Shown: positions 38,196 to 52,412, counted from the first letter of the stretch. The stretch: 64,000 bases of DNA from Octopus vulgaris (GCA_951406725.2 OX597821.1:52018001-52082000), one strand, 5' to 3'. Numbers and translations: made by a program. Notes: generated from the letters alone by a model not told the origin.

Positions 38196-39901
38196 TACTG
38201 GTTATAATAACAGTAAAGCTAGACTGACTAATTATCGCAGACTTTACATAATTAAAATTTTGTGATATTTGCAGGAGATGATTAGGTTAATTCAAACGTC
38301 TGTGTCTTGTTGCTGTTGCTGTATGTCCCTAGGTAAACATTGGTCCACCACCAGCAGCAGACATAGAAGAAATAGAGAGAAGAACATGATGTTTGATTGA
38401 TCCACACTTCCGTTGTTCCAGATACACTACTAACTCCACTTGGTGGTGGAAGACCATACTATGTACCCTGATATAGCAGTCTGTCCAATTTAGTTTTCTA
38501 TACCACTTGTTGATTAAGCCAAAGGCAAAGGCTTACAATCTGTGACCATCTCATCTCTTCCCTTTTAGTTATATTGTATCTGAGGATATCATCCAATATT
38601 TTTTCCCGATTTAAGACGAGAGTGTGTGATTGGGGAGAGATTTGGTTTCTATTTCTAACTGGACATGCGACCACATTAAGACATTTTTTATTGGTTCACT
38701 GTAGTTCTTGTTGAAGTTTTCAGATAAGTCTGGTCGATTAAAACTGTTCCAGCCAGGATTATCTTTCTCTTTTTGAATGTTTTTAAGACAACATTATAAA
38801 AAGCATCTTTCAAGTGAATTTGTGGTGTGTTGTGGGAATAAGTGCGGCGAAATGTTAATTGAAATGGTTTTGAATTTTGTTAGGTGATTTATTGACGCAT
38901 GAAGAATTAGTCAGAAAAATTCCTTCATTTCACTCAAGTAGCCCATTTCAATATCTTCAATACAAACTCTGTATCCCATACGTCTCACTTTCGCCCAACC
39001 CCTCTCAAGCTTCAGTCAAAGAAAGTTCATTAAGTGCCACAGAAATCTGAGCGTAACTTCTCGCAACAACCGAAACCAGAAACCAAAGAACCTAAATGTT
39101 GTTTATCTAGCGATGTCAGCTATAAATCCTTCATTTAGATATTACATAGGCCAAACTTTAAATGTGTTCGAATTTTAATTCACCCTGTGCCAACAACACT
39201 CGTTCAGAATATCAATAAAATATATCAACCACCCCACTGTCTAACTATACGGGGAACTTCAAAGACTTTAACACATCTTTCCCTCTTTCTTTGGAGCATA
39301 CTACATAGAGAAAAGTTGTACTGCTTAGCTTAAAATTCTGCCCTCTGCGTTTTCGGAAAGCAAGCAATCATTTTTAGCATCCACAATTTATATTCAACCT
39401 CAAAAAAAAAAAAAAAAAAGAAATTGTAGGTATAGGGACTCCTCATGCACCAGAAACTTCAAAGTAAACCATCAATAATATATAGATACGTTTACAACTA
39501 AGTACCCACGTTTATGCATATCTATGCATACCTATGTAAATGTATCTCATTTTGTACTCATATTTACTAAGATACTTTTAAACTTTTTTTGTCAATTATA
39601 TTTCCTTATTTCTCATCTATCAAAGCACATTCATTTTAATATATGAAACACACACACACACATATATCCATGTGTACATGTGCGTGTATATACGTGTATG
39701 CAACATATCTTTCCATAGATATTTGCGCACACTTTTACGAGTATATGTATCCACTTTTACAGACTTGATTGTAAGCCTCTATATGCACCTTCAGGCACAT
39801 ACCACTGTATGCCTCCAAATATACTTACGTCTATATCTACATCTATCTATCTATGTGCATAGCTCAGGCTGCTTGTGGATATGTATGTATGTATGTATTC
39901 A

Positions 39902-39948
<47 letters not shown>

Positions 39949-39984
39949 TTGTTGATTACTCCTTATGCAGAGTTTGACCACCTC

Positions 39985-40118
39985 CTGTATCTACACCTCA
40001 GAGCCATCATGGCATTTGATGTGGCTATTTAAACCAGTTAATGTTTTGAAGAGACACCCACATAGACTGCATATCCGATTTGGACTACCAAGAGCTGCAG
40101 TTAACATTCTCTCCTGAG
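39985..40118 (-). mobile_element. 3' end of an RTE-type LINE (C-terminal zinc finger)
   Basis: ICSLCGCLFKTLTGLNSHIKCH resembles the CxxC...GLxSHxRxH terminus of RTE ORFs. Confidence 0.5.
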
Positions 40119-40122
40119 TGTA

Positions 40123-40162
<40 letters not shown>

Positions 40163-40172
40163 CACACATACA

Positions 40173-40485
40173 CAGTCATCCTCAAAATTATTCATGCCCT
40201 TGTTATTTGCTGTGAAATGAATGCATTTTGTTAAATTTGCTTATGAGTTATATGTGACCAACAAGGGAAAGAATAACATTACACAATTCAAGAATTTCTT
40301 CATTTCAGGATTTTCAAAAATTGAATAAAATACCCCTGAAATGAAGAATTTCTTGAATTGTGTATTGTAGTTATTCTTTGGTCACATATAAGCTCATAAA
40401 CAAACTTGAGAAAATCCATTAATTTCATCACAAAAATTAAAAAAAACACAAAAATTAACAACAGTATGAATAATTTTAGGGAGGA

Positions 40486-40488
<3 letters not shown>
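40173..40488. mobile_element. Tc1-like MITE
   Basis: TIRs cagtcatcctcaaaattattcat / atgaataattttagggaggactg|ta. Confidence 0.7.
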
Positions 40489-40552
<64 letters not shown>

Positions 40553-41339
40553 CACACACATATGTATATACACATATATACACATGCACATTCATAATAC
40601 ATACATACATACAATTATACTAAGGGAAACTACTGAGTAGAGCTGCATGCTAGAAGTATTTAATATTGCATGAAGTTGCATAAATATTGTTTATATTTAT
40701 AAACTTATATGCTTGGTATTAATTTTTACCTAAATGGTTTATTACATGCTAGCTATTTGTTAAAATACAATATAGATTTCAACCTTGATTATAATGATAT
40801 ATATGTGTGTGTGTGTGTGTATGTGTGTGTGTGTGTGTATGAATGAATGCAAACCTCCGTATATCTACATATATCGGTTATAGTGCATCTGTATTCCTAT
40901 TCATGTATGAATGCATGTGTATGTGTGCAATAAATACAGTGATATTTACAGAAACGTCTTTATTGGGCAGAATGGGTGTCCCAGTTGTATAGCAGGAAAA
41001 CAAGAGATAGAAGAAAAAAGAAGGGAATGAAGGAAAGAAAAGGAGATAAAAGGCTGCAAAAAGAGTGTTATGAAGAATATGACGGAATAAAAGAAAACTA
41101 GAAATAGAGTCTCCCCACTCATTGCATTTATAGCTCTGAATGTCCATATATAAACGTATTGAATTATTTGACGGTCACGATGAAATGACCGGTTGGGTTT
41201 TATTTAATATTGTATGAAGTTGCATAAATATTGTATATATTTGTTCCATTGTGTTGAATGATTTATCTACATTGCCTCTTATTGAAACGGTCGTAACCGA
41301 TTAATAAACGCGAAACTAATATCTTCGTTCTTTTATTCG

Positions 41340-41378
<39 letters not shown>

Positions 41379-42165
41379 CACAGGCGCACGTATACACGCA
41401 CATATATCAATCTATTTATTTGTACATATCATCCTACAGGCCATTGTGCGCTTCCCGTCCAGCACCCCGCCCCGTGTCTTTATTAATTACCACTCAACTA
41501 TGGTTGTATTTTCCCTTTCTTGTATCCTTCCCCTAACACCCAATTCCCAGTCCCATAATCTAATTTATCTGCTTAAAACATTTAATACCAAAACTGAAAT
41601 CTCACCTCTATGAAAAAATGAAGAAAAAGTAATAGAATTCTTCATGCATCAATGACTATCACTTTCACTATCGAAATTCAAAGTTATCTCAATTAAACAT
41701 TCCACCATACCCATTTATACCACACAACACAAACCAGAATTTTAACTTCCCCAACTCTTTTCAATTTAGATATGTTTTCTAATTACTCAGCCAGACACTT
41801 GACTTCACTTATCCAATTCACTTAGCAACTTAAGCCCATACTCTCCGCACTAAGGCTAACATTTTCAAATAATTACAAATAAAAACGAGAACCAACTCAT
41901 TCCTGCAACGCATAGACAACGTCATTCATTCAAGATATATTCCTTTATTCTTTTAAACGTTTCAGTTATTTGACTGCGGCCATGCTGGAGAACCGCCTTG
42001 AAGGGTTTTAGTCAAAGAAATCGAATCCAGGACTTATTCCTAGTAAGCCTCGTACTTATTTTATCGGTCTCTTTTGCCGAATCGTTAAGTTACGAGGGCA
42101 TTAACATACCGACATCGGTTGTCAAGCGATGGTGGGGGGGAGGGGACAAACAATGACACACGTGA

Positions 42166-42212
<47 letters not shown>

Positions 42213-42599
42213 CATGAGACAGGCTTCTTTCAGTTTCCGTCTACCAAATCTGCTCACAAGACTTTGGTCGGCCCGAGGCTATAGCAGAAGATACATGCCC
42301 AAGATGTCACACAGTGGGACCGAACCCGAAATCATGTGGTTGGGAAGCAAGCTTCTTACCATAGAGCTTGTCTGAATTTAACAAGACGCTAACTGTCCAA
42401 AGATTCTTGCAAGAGATGAAGTTATGAGCCACTGCAAGGCATTGGATTTTCCAAAGCTCACTATAAAATCCTTACTATACAAACGTATTGAGTTCTTTCT
42501 TTTGAAGTAAACTACACATACAAATCCATCTATCCATCATTATACAGATATTGATATAGTCACACACATAAGTATCTATCTATCTATCTATCGACTGAC

Positions 42600-43890
42600 G
42601 TGATGTCGCATCGGCTCCGCAGGTAATCTCTTTTTTCGACCTTTTATTGCACACATCTTGTTTCAATTTTTGCACACAAGGTGTGTAAAGCACCCAGTTT
42701 TCGTTTGAGTGTGTTTAAAGGGAGGAATTGACCCCTAGGGGCAGTTTCAAACGTATTTACACTTCTATTTTCTTCGATTTCCTTGCCATATTTCTAAACA
42801 AATGTGGCTAAGCGAAACCACGAGGCCGTCTTCCCGCCTCTACCAATGCTAGAGGCGAAGATAGCTGAAAGCAAAGCCGTTCCGCGTGAACGCACGCCTT
42901 AGAAAGCACGAATGCTTCTGCTACTATAATCACTGCTTCCACCACTGCCACCATTATCACCACCACAACCAACACGAATACCGATAACAATTTTGCTGCG
43001 GCTTTGAAGCCAAAGAAACGAATAATGCATTTTTCCAAGGAAGATTTACTTGCTTGCAAATAAATGTTTACAAAAAATGAAGTCACCATTCAATTACAGA
43101 CGCTTGAAAACAATTACAAAAAATATCTAAAAAACAAAACCAAAAAACCACAAAACAATCATTTACAAGACAACGCGAAAACAAACGTACTGATACAGCC
43201 ATTCATGAAAATGTGGAAAAATGTTTAAGGCCCACACGGGCCTTTAAAGACTACATAACGAGGGGAAACAAGTTTGCGACGATCGAAGTAAAATTGGACA
43301 GCGAAGAGCGAGCCAAGGACCTCTCCACAAGGTCCTTTCAACAAAAATTTAAATAAAAAATGTACCACCTGAAATTGAAATTAAATGGCTCGTGTCTGCC
43401 ATTTGCTAAGACATCGCAAACAAAATCTATATATTGGAAACCGCTGCCCAGAAGCAGCAAAACTGGATTGACCAAGAAGTCGAGATTCTTGCTCAGATTG
43501 ATCCAGTGAATTTTGAAAAATTCTCCACCGAATCCAATTGACAGAGGATTCGATCTTGCATGTAGCCATCGAAGGCAGAAAGCCAAGTTGCTACGTTTGT
43601 GGTAGCAAAACACTTTTAAAAACTACTAGTCATTGGTACTTGGAGGCTGTCCTTAGAGCGGCTGGTTTCGGTCTCATCTTCCGCGGTTGGATCGCTGCCT
43701 TATACAGCGGCTTCCGCTCGGTAGTTTACATAAATGGTCATCTATCCAGTCCATTTAACAGCATGCGTTCGGTTCGTCAAGGATGCCCCCTCTCGCCGCT
43801 TCTGTATGTATTGACTCCTGAGCCACTACTGAGGAAGCTGTCGACGCTGAGGGGCATCCCACGAGAGCTGGGATGTGGGAGGAGCGTGTC
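42600..43890 (+). mobile_element. Degraded Tx1/L1-clade LINE (ORF1 zinc-knuckle remnant plus RT fragment)
   Basis: KPSCYVCGSK followed by GFGLIFRGWIAALYSG...INGHLS...VRQGCPLSPLLY..EPLL; the 5' boundary is approximate. Confidence 0.75.
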
Positions 43891-43924
43891 TGTCTGCCTG
43901 TATGTATGTATGCATGTATGTATG

Positions 43925-43980
<56 letters not shown>

Positions 43981-43986
<6 letters not shown>

Positions 43987-44222
43987 ATTAATTAGAGACA
44001 AAACCACTATTTTGTCAAACAAGGAAAGACTTAATCAATACATAAAAAATTTTAATATAAAGTAAATAAATCTCCACTACAATTGTTTCCTGTCTTCAAA
44101 TGACATTCATCAGGTGGATTTCGTATCTTCTATTCAATTTTAAAGTTATATTTTTTTAATATATTGATTAAGTCTTTCCTTGTTTGATTTGCAAAATGTG
44201 GTTTTGTCTAATTAATATTATA
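43981..44222. repeat. Fold-back inverted repeat (~65-70 nt arms) enclosing the hammerhead, in a unit flanked by (TA)n
   Basis: 43981-44047 (tatgatattaattagagacaaaaccac...caaacaaggaaagacttaatcaata) is reverse-complementary to ~44150-44222 with a few indels. Confidence 0.85.
44073..44118 (-). ncRNA. Minimal type I hammerhead ribozyme (Penelope-type)
   Basis: UCCAC-CUGAUGA-A-UGUC-auuugaa-GACA-G-GAAA-CAAUUG-UA-GUGGA: intact core boxes, 5-bp stem I, 4-bp stem II, palindromic stem III, GUA cleavage triplet; the first stem II pair is an A-G mismatch. Confidence 0.75.
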
Positions 44223-44296
44223 TAATATTTTACTATAAAATTGATTCAATCCTAAATCTGATTTTTCCCTGTATATTTATTCCTAATATTTATTAT

Positions 44297-44331
<35 letters not shown>

Positions 44332-45169
44332 GTATCTTACTGGATACGACCACTTCGAAAGATGGAAGAAGTTTGTAGAGAAACGATTATACTTTGAATA
44401 TTGGCAAATTCAATCCCTCGTATTTTAATTTTTAAGAGTTAAAAATTTAAGTGCCGTAATTATTACATCCTTGTAAGTTGCTTCTATAGATATATTTCAA
44501 TGGTTTCAATGGTGAATGAATTGCTAAAGGGGATCAGCGATTAGTGGTTAAGTTAAACAACATGATTATTGATACAATATAGTTGATCTGGTGAATAGAT
44601 CTTATAAATTTACAAAGAATCTACCATATTAGTTTAATTGGATGTAAACCATACCTTGAAAGTTCTTTATAAGAACAGAATAACGGTGAATATAAACATT
44701 TCAGGTAATACACACATAATGAGTGATATGTATCCATTATATTCGTTTTAAAAAGAAAATATAAAATATAGTATGTAATGAATTAAATTACTGTATTAAA
44801 TTCCTTGCAAAATTATATGAAGCAAGTATTCATTAGATCTGCTGTAGTTTGTCGATAATCATTTTGTTTAACTTAATCTGCTAACCACAAATCACGTCTT
44901 GCAATGTTTTATCAATTCTGTCATAGAAAATATATCCTGAAGTAATGCATGAGGATGTAATAATTATAACTGTTCAATCATAGGCTTAGAAATATCTGTT
45001 CCATAACAAAATTGCTATTACGTATCTACTTAAATGTTATTTAAATTTTTCAACGAAAGGAGTATTGCGTATATAAAAGAAATGACAGCAAAAACATGAT
45101 CCAAGTTAGCAAACTATATCTACAGTGCATAGATTTTTAGAATAAATCTACTTGCATAGTTGATACGTA

Positions 45170-45850
45170 AAGTACTTATCTAGGCTTACAGCAGAACTAG
45201 AACAGAATACTGGAGAGACTGGTTTGAGGATCAGTGTAGAGAAGACCAAAACAATGACCATTACAATTGATGACTGTGATGAACCACAACCAGAAGATCG
45301 ATCAGCAAAATATCGAGGCTGTTGTCATTAATCTGGTTAGCGTCATAGAATTGACAAAGCCGCGACCCTATTCCAGAGAATGTGTGCTATCTGGTTCTCT
45401 AATATCGTCAGCTTACACACAAAAATCCGGCTCTATAATTGTATAGTTCAACCAACAATAGTCTGTGCTAGAGAGACATGGAAGAGCATTATCAAAATTG
45501 ACGGGGAGTTAGATGTGTTCCGCCAAAGATGGTTAAAAAAAGATTCTGAGAACCTACTGGCAAGACCACGTAACAAATGAAAGCATTAAAAAAAAAGCCA
45601 ACGCAAAATCACTTAGTGGAATCATTACATAGTCCAGCCATCAGAACAATGTCGTTCTACAACAGTTCTCAAATGGACATCCTTAGAGAGGAAAAGAAAG
45701 TTAAGAAGATCACAACCGACAAGGCGCATAACATTCATAATCTACATGAGAGAGGCCAATATCACAAGGCCAGATATAGAGAAAACCACGGTCAGCAGAA
45801 ACCAGTGGCATCATCTTGCTGCTGCCCAAGATGCTCGAAAGCATAGGAGT
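45170..45850 (+). mobile_element. Degraded RTE-clade LINE fragment
   Basis: GLRISVEKTKTM, RIDKA, TKIRLYNCIVQPTIVCARETW and LDVFRQRWLKK..YWQDHVTNE motifs across frames. Confidence 0.75.
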
Positions 45851-46320
45851 AATTGATATTAATATTTGTGTGATAGATTGGTGGAAATGTTAGATTATCG
45901 GAGGAGATGCCTCGTCGTATTTGTTCTGGTTCTTTACGTTCTGAATTCAAATCCCGCCACATATTTGGGACACCTGGTTTAACAACACAACCTGTCTTTT
46001 TGATACCTTTAGTAGAGCCCATTCTGTTGCAAGCATTTAGACCAGACCCCTGGTTTGAGGATATCTTCCTAACCCATCCATCTCAGAGGTAAAAAAAAAA
46101 ACAAAAACATGCTCATGGGTATTGTCCTTCCCTCATTACTAAAAGAGGAGAAGAATATTGTTGGTTGACAAATTTCTTGAATGTGCACTTCAAATTATTA
46201 CTATGTTTCAATAATCCTCATTAGAATCAAAACCAGATAAAATATATTAGATACAAAACTGTAAAGAAGTCTGTACAAGAAACCTGTAAGGAATATCTAG
46301 GGAGAGATATGTAGTAAAAG

Positions 46321-46378
<58 letters not shown>

Positions 46379-48239
46379 ATTATTAATTTAGACGAAAGGA
46401 TTATTGTTACATTAATTAAGGCATTAATTAAGGTATATTTAAATCCATCTGCTTATAAACGATCACTTTCATAAGACCTCAATATTCATAATTTATATCT
46501 AGTTAATAAACAGTATTCTCATAGGATATTATCATCTAATTATTAATACGCAAAAGCAGAAAAGAATATTTAATAGCATGAGATCAAAAGGAGGTAATTA
46601 GATCTGATATTCTTGGAAATATAAACTTATAGTAAAGCCCTATTCGAAAGCGGATTTTAAACAATGTGCGGACAAAATTAGATTAAGTTAATAACTTAAT
46701 GGGTGCAATCGGAATTATACATTTACGTGAGCAAAAATATAGAACTGGTTTATAATTACAGTGTAACTCCCTAAAATTTGATTATTCAGTATAGTTACTG
46801 GTTTAGGATAAGTGAAAATTACATACGTGTGTGCATGCGCACACACATATGCTTATACATTCGTACACAATCACTTTCAAATTTAATGGTAGAATTACTA
46901 CCTAAAGCAGTGTAAGGTAACGAGATCTATGTTTTTAGGACAAAGCTACACGCACACTACGCAGAGACAAACTCACATACACACACAGTCACATACAATT
47001 TCGAGTTCTATTTTGGAAAGTAATGGACAAAGATAATCAATGATGAAGGAAATACATGGAAAGCATCAATATAAACATTCGATATTGAATTATTTGAGAA
47101 GTGTTTATCGACATCGGAGAAGGATCCATCTAGGTTCAAAAGAAACCTGTCTAGATAAGAGGTAAGTTGATAGAGTAGGCATCTTTAAAAAAGAAATTTG
47201 TTACGTGATGTTATTCTCTCCGACTTCTTTTGAATAGTTCCATGGCAAAAAGAGTACGAACGGTTCTGGTGTGGTAAGAAAACTTATTATTTATTTAACT
47301 ACGATTGGTTTAGCTTTTTAAACATACTCGAACACAGTTCAAAGGGTTCATAGTTCGTAAGTTTCCACATGTACTCAGACAACACCGTTGTGTTTCTTTT
47401 CTCAGTATATAAGAATTGAATTGTGTTTTAAAGTTAGCAGTGAATCCTGTTTATGCCTTATGAGAATAAAGTATATTCTACTGAGCATTTATACACTATG
47501 TACTTTGGAAGTAGGAATCAAAAGGGCAAACTTTGGGGTTGGTACCATTACAAAAGTTGGTGGTTAGTAATATATATTCGTTTTGATAAGTCACAAGATA
47601 CAATCAAGTTTAAAAAAGTATAATATTATAAAGTATATATACGTATAGGCACAGGTGTGAATGTGTGATAAGAAGCTTGCTTATCAGTCACATGATTCTG
47701 GGCTCGATCCCACTGCACGGCACCTCGGGCAAGTGTCTTCTACTATAGCCTAGGGTTATAGTAGAAGACACTTGTGAATGGATTTGGTAGAAGGAAACTG
47801 AAAGAAGCTCGTCGTATATATGTATATATATGTATTTATGTGTGTTTGTGTCTGTCAACCGGTGTTGGTGTGTTTACGTTCCCGTAACTTAGTCGTTCAG
47901 CAAAAGAAACCGATAGAATAACTACCAGTCTTTTAAAAAAGAAAACAAAAAGGATTGGTGTCGATTCATTCGGCTAAAAATTCTTCAAAGCAGTGTCCCA
48001 GCATGGCCGCATTCTAATGACTGAAACAAGTAAAAGATAAAATACATACATATAATATCTGTCTGTCTATCTATCTGTCTATCTGCCTACCCAAACAAAT
48101 ACAGACACGTAGTTTATACTTTCATGAAAAAAAACCGCAAACCAGTCAGTACATTAAAAGAGATAGAAACGTGGAGAATCATAAGGTTTCGTACTGTTGA
48201 AGCAGATCAAACATTATCTCTAGCCGTCGTTGTCGTCTC

Positions 48240-48320
48240 CCTCTCTCTCTCTGGCTCTCTCTCTCTGGCTCTCTCTCTCTGGCTCTCTCTCTCTGGCTCT
48301 CTCTCTGGCTCTCTCTCTGG

Positions 48321-48351
<31 letters not shown>

Positions 48352-48552
48352 TCTCTCTCTCTCTGGCTCTCTCTCTCTGTCTCTCCCTCTCTCTGTCTCT
48401 CTCTCTCTCTAGCTCTCTCTCTCTAGCTCTCTCTCTCTGGCTCTCTCTCTCTGGCTCTCTCTCTCTGTCTCTCTCTCTCTGTCTCTCTCTCTCTCTCTGT
48501 CTGTCTCTCTCTCTCTGTCTCTCTCTCTCTCTCTCTCTGGCTCTCTCTCTCT

Positions 48553-48589
<37 letters not shown>

Positions 48590-48651
48590 CCTCTCTCTCT
48601 TTCTGGCTCTCTCTGGCTTTCTCTCTCTGGCTCTCTCTCTTTCTCTCTCTG

Positions 48652-48686
<35 letters not shown>

Positions 48687-48760
48687 GTCTCTCTCTCTCT
48701 CTGTCTCTCTCTCTCTCTCTGGCCCTCTCCCTCTCTTTCTGGCTCTCTCTCTCTCTCTGT
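48240..48760. repeat. (CT)n array with periodic ctgg/ctgt interruptions
   Basis: Visible directly; explains the ER- and SL-rich ORFs. Confidence 0.95.
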
Positions 48761-49201
48761 CTTTATACGCATATACGCATTTATATTTATATCTCTCTCT
48801 ATATATATATCCCTTTAGACACACACACACAATTGTATGTATTTATGCATATATGTGAATTTCTCTGTATATACGTATATCTGAATATATATTTATATGC
48901 ACCTACATTTGTATGTTCATGTAGATATATATAAGTATATATGTGTGTGTGTGTGTCTCTATGTATCTGTGTACATTTAAATACGCACTCATCTCCAACC
49001 CCACATTCCAGATATTCTTTAATATTCCACATTTCTTTCTGTGGTATATTTGAGATCTGTTCTTTCCGTCTGTTTAATTCACAGAGACGCAAAGTGACAG
49101 CACGGACTGTGTTGAGTCATTGTGCACTTTCGGTGATTAAATATCTTTTTCACTTAGATGAACTGACATTGTGCTGACTAAGTACGTGTGCATCGGTCTA
49201 G

Positions 49202-49281
<80 letters not shown>

Positions 49282-49543
49282 CACCTATCAATCCACCCAA
49301 CCATCTATCTATCTATCTATGAATATATTCTCTTTTCTCTTTTACTTGTTTCAGTCATTTGACTGTAGCCATGCTGGAGCACCGCCTTTAGTCGAGCAAA
49401 TCGACCCCAGGACTTATTCTTTGTAAGCCTAGTACTTATTCTATCGGAGTCTTTTGCCGAACCGCTAAGTTACGGGGATGTAAACACACCAGCATCGGTT
49501 GTTAAGTGATGTTGGGGGGACAAACACAGACACACAAACATAT

Positions 49544-49582
<39 letters not shown>

Positions 49583-50154
49583 CGACGGGCTTCTTTTCAG
49601 TTTCCATCTACCAAATCCACTCACAAGGCTTTGGTCGGCCCGATGCTATAGTAGAAGACACTTGCCCAAGATGCCATGCAGTGGGACTGAACCCAGAACT
49701 ATGTGATGGAGATTATTTAGCTGCTGTTTCTACCAGGTTCATTAATCATACTGTGTCTATGTACAAAAAGAGGAATTGAAGTGGTTACTGCTGACCGACT
49801 AGTCACATACTTCTCTTTCTCCCTTACTAAACGATACAAAGTTGTCAGTTGGCTGCTAGGCGTAGTTACCAAATCTTCACAACACCCATTAGAAAGTAGA
49901 AAATTTCATAAAAAAATGAAGTTCTCAATACATAAAAGTCAAGATGGTCATGGCCAGAACATCTTTAATTATAAAACAAGGTCTGTTGGATCACGGCTGA
50001 TTTGGGGGTAAAACAACAACAACAATAATAGTTCTACGACTTTGAATTCTCTTAGCGGACTGTATCGAAGAGATATAGGCTGGCAAATAATAAAATAACT
50101 CTTGTTGAGTTGACATTCCAGCTACGGCCATCCCATTTTTTTCTTGAGGTAATA

Positions 50155-50750
50155 TTGGGTTGTCCGGAAAGTCCGTGCCGATTTTTAAAGGAAAGAAAAA
50201 GGTCAATAGATACTTGCCATTACATTTATAATCAACCAAATATGAACCATTTTGTTGCACAATGCGTCTCCATCTTTCCCTTAACTTGAAAATACCCTCT
50301 TCCCAGAATTGAGGTGGTTTCATGGCAAAGAATTAATGAAGGTATCTTTTTACGTCATCCAAGGAATTGAAATTTTTACCATTAAGACTATTCTGCAGAG
50401 ACCTGAATAAGTATAAATCTGAAGGAGCAACACCTGGTGAATATGGAGGGTGGAGTAACACATCCCAGCCGAGCTGCAGAAATTTTTGTCTGGTTCCCAA
50501 AGCATCAAGTGCCGAAAATGAACTTTCTTATCTTCCATTTTAGAGGGTTACAGGTTATAGGAGCATAAACAGGTTATAGGAGCATGAACACAGGTTATAG
50601 GAGCATAAACCTTCTTCCACGAAATGATAGCTTAAACAGTGCTCTAAATGGAGGTGTAGGTCAAATCCTATCTTATGGCCTCAACCATGTCCTAAAATAT
50701 ATCGAAAGGTAAGCTACTATAAATCGGCACGAACTTTCCGGACAACCCAA
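50155..50750 (-). mobile_element. Second copy of the internally deleted mellifera-like mariner
   Basis: Same TIRs, TA TSD and deletion junction as 25391-25956; local triplication of acaggttataggagcat. Confidence 0.92.
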
Positions 50751-50952
50751 TATATTTGTTTCTTAGGCAAAGTCAGTACGCAACTACATTATCATAGGCG
50801 ATCTCTCCGTCTATAAAACGTGAACACGTCTGATTTGAGGTATATTTGACTGCTTGTTCTAGCAGGCCGAATGGACCATGTAGAGGGACAGACTATTTAT
50901 ATGGACAACGTGATAGAATATAAATTGGTACCCTGTGATGCTTTATATATGA

Positions 50953-51338
50953 CTAGCAGTATCGCCCGGCGTTGCTCGGGTTTGTAAGGGAAATAACTAT
51001 AAAGCATTTTTAGAGAGTTATAGCCAAAAAATAGCAAAAAAAATGGAAAAAAATTATGGTAAATTTATTTTTGAGAGTTAAAAAGGTGGAGTTGCGTCCC
51101 CTAGACAGTCTGTGGTTTGTGTTTCTGATTCTCGACTCCATGTCGAATTTATCGATTTTTTCAGAACTGGGGGAACTTTTCAAAATTTTCGCTGCGTTAG
51201 TTTTGAATTATGACATTGGGCTATGTGTGTGTCAAGTTTCATCCGAATCGGTTGAAAGCCGTGGTCAGGGTGAGGGTACAACCTAACAGACACACAGAAA
51301 CACACACAGACAAACTGCCGTTTATATATAGAGAGAGA
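50953..51338 (-). mobile_element. Non-autonomous Helitron
   Basis: On the minus strand: A|TC 5' end, 3' hairpin CCCGAGCAACGCCGGG about 8 nt before the terminal CTAG|T; no TSD. Confidence 0.8.
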
Positions 51339-51781
51339 TGTTTGATTACTTCCAGCATACATCGTGTCTACGGTTAGTTGGAGAAAGAGGTGTGGACAGA
51401 AAAGCAAAGTATGATGGAGATTTTCAGGAATGAAGCATTTTCAAGCAGGTGTGTTGACAGGAAAGCATGAAGTGAACGTTGCAGAAGCATTACAATAGAT
51501 TCTTGGAATTGCAAATATGTCTTTGAGAAGGGAAGAAATAGAACAGTACTAAGCACATACACGAAACACGCAAACAGACAGATGGATGTATATATGTGTG
51601 TGTGTGTGTTTATATATATATATATATATGTATGTGCATATGCATATATGTATATATATTTATATGAATATATATATATATATGTATGTATGTGCATATG
51701 CATATACCCACACACATGTGCATATATACATATATATACATTTATATTATACGTATACATATATATACATATATATATATA

Positions 51782-51827
<46 letters not shown>

Positions 51828-51842
51828 AATATACGTATAAAA

Positions 51843-51873
<31 letters not shown>

Positions 51874-52142
51874 TAGATACACTCATATAGATATAAGTAT
51901 ACATATGCACATACATACATACATACATGCTTACAACAGCAACAGTTCGTATACGCACTCACACACATAACTGTATATATACACACATATCCTCTGTCTA
52001 TCTTACATAAATGCATGCATGTATATTACGAACATTATTTTATTACGTATGTCTGTCTATCTATCTAATCTATCTATCTATCTGTCTATACATCTGTCTG
52101 ACTGTCTGTCTATCTATCTATCCATCTGTCTGACTGTGTCTG

Positions 52143-52209
<67 letters not shown>

Positions 52210-52412
52210 GTCTATCTGTCTATCTATCTATCTATCTATCTATACATGTGTATGTCAGTCTATCTATCTATACATGTGTCGGTCTGTCTGTCTATCTATA
52301 CATGTGTCTGTCTGTCTATCTATCTATACATGTGTCGGTCTGTCTGTCTATCTATACATGTGTCTGTCTGTCTGTCTATCTATACATGTGTCTGTCTGTC
52401 TGTCTATACATG

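Noticed and set aside
37686-38265. Poly-Asp / poly-Met ORFs that resemble an acidic biomineralisation protein
   Set aside because: Simple (GAT)n repeat, open in several frames, with no signal peptide or exon boundaries.
47040-47167. Possible plus-strand exon ending in AG|GTAAGT
   Set aside because: No convincing acceptor, no recognisable protein similarity and no partner exons.
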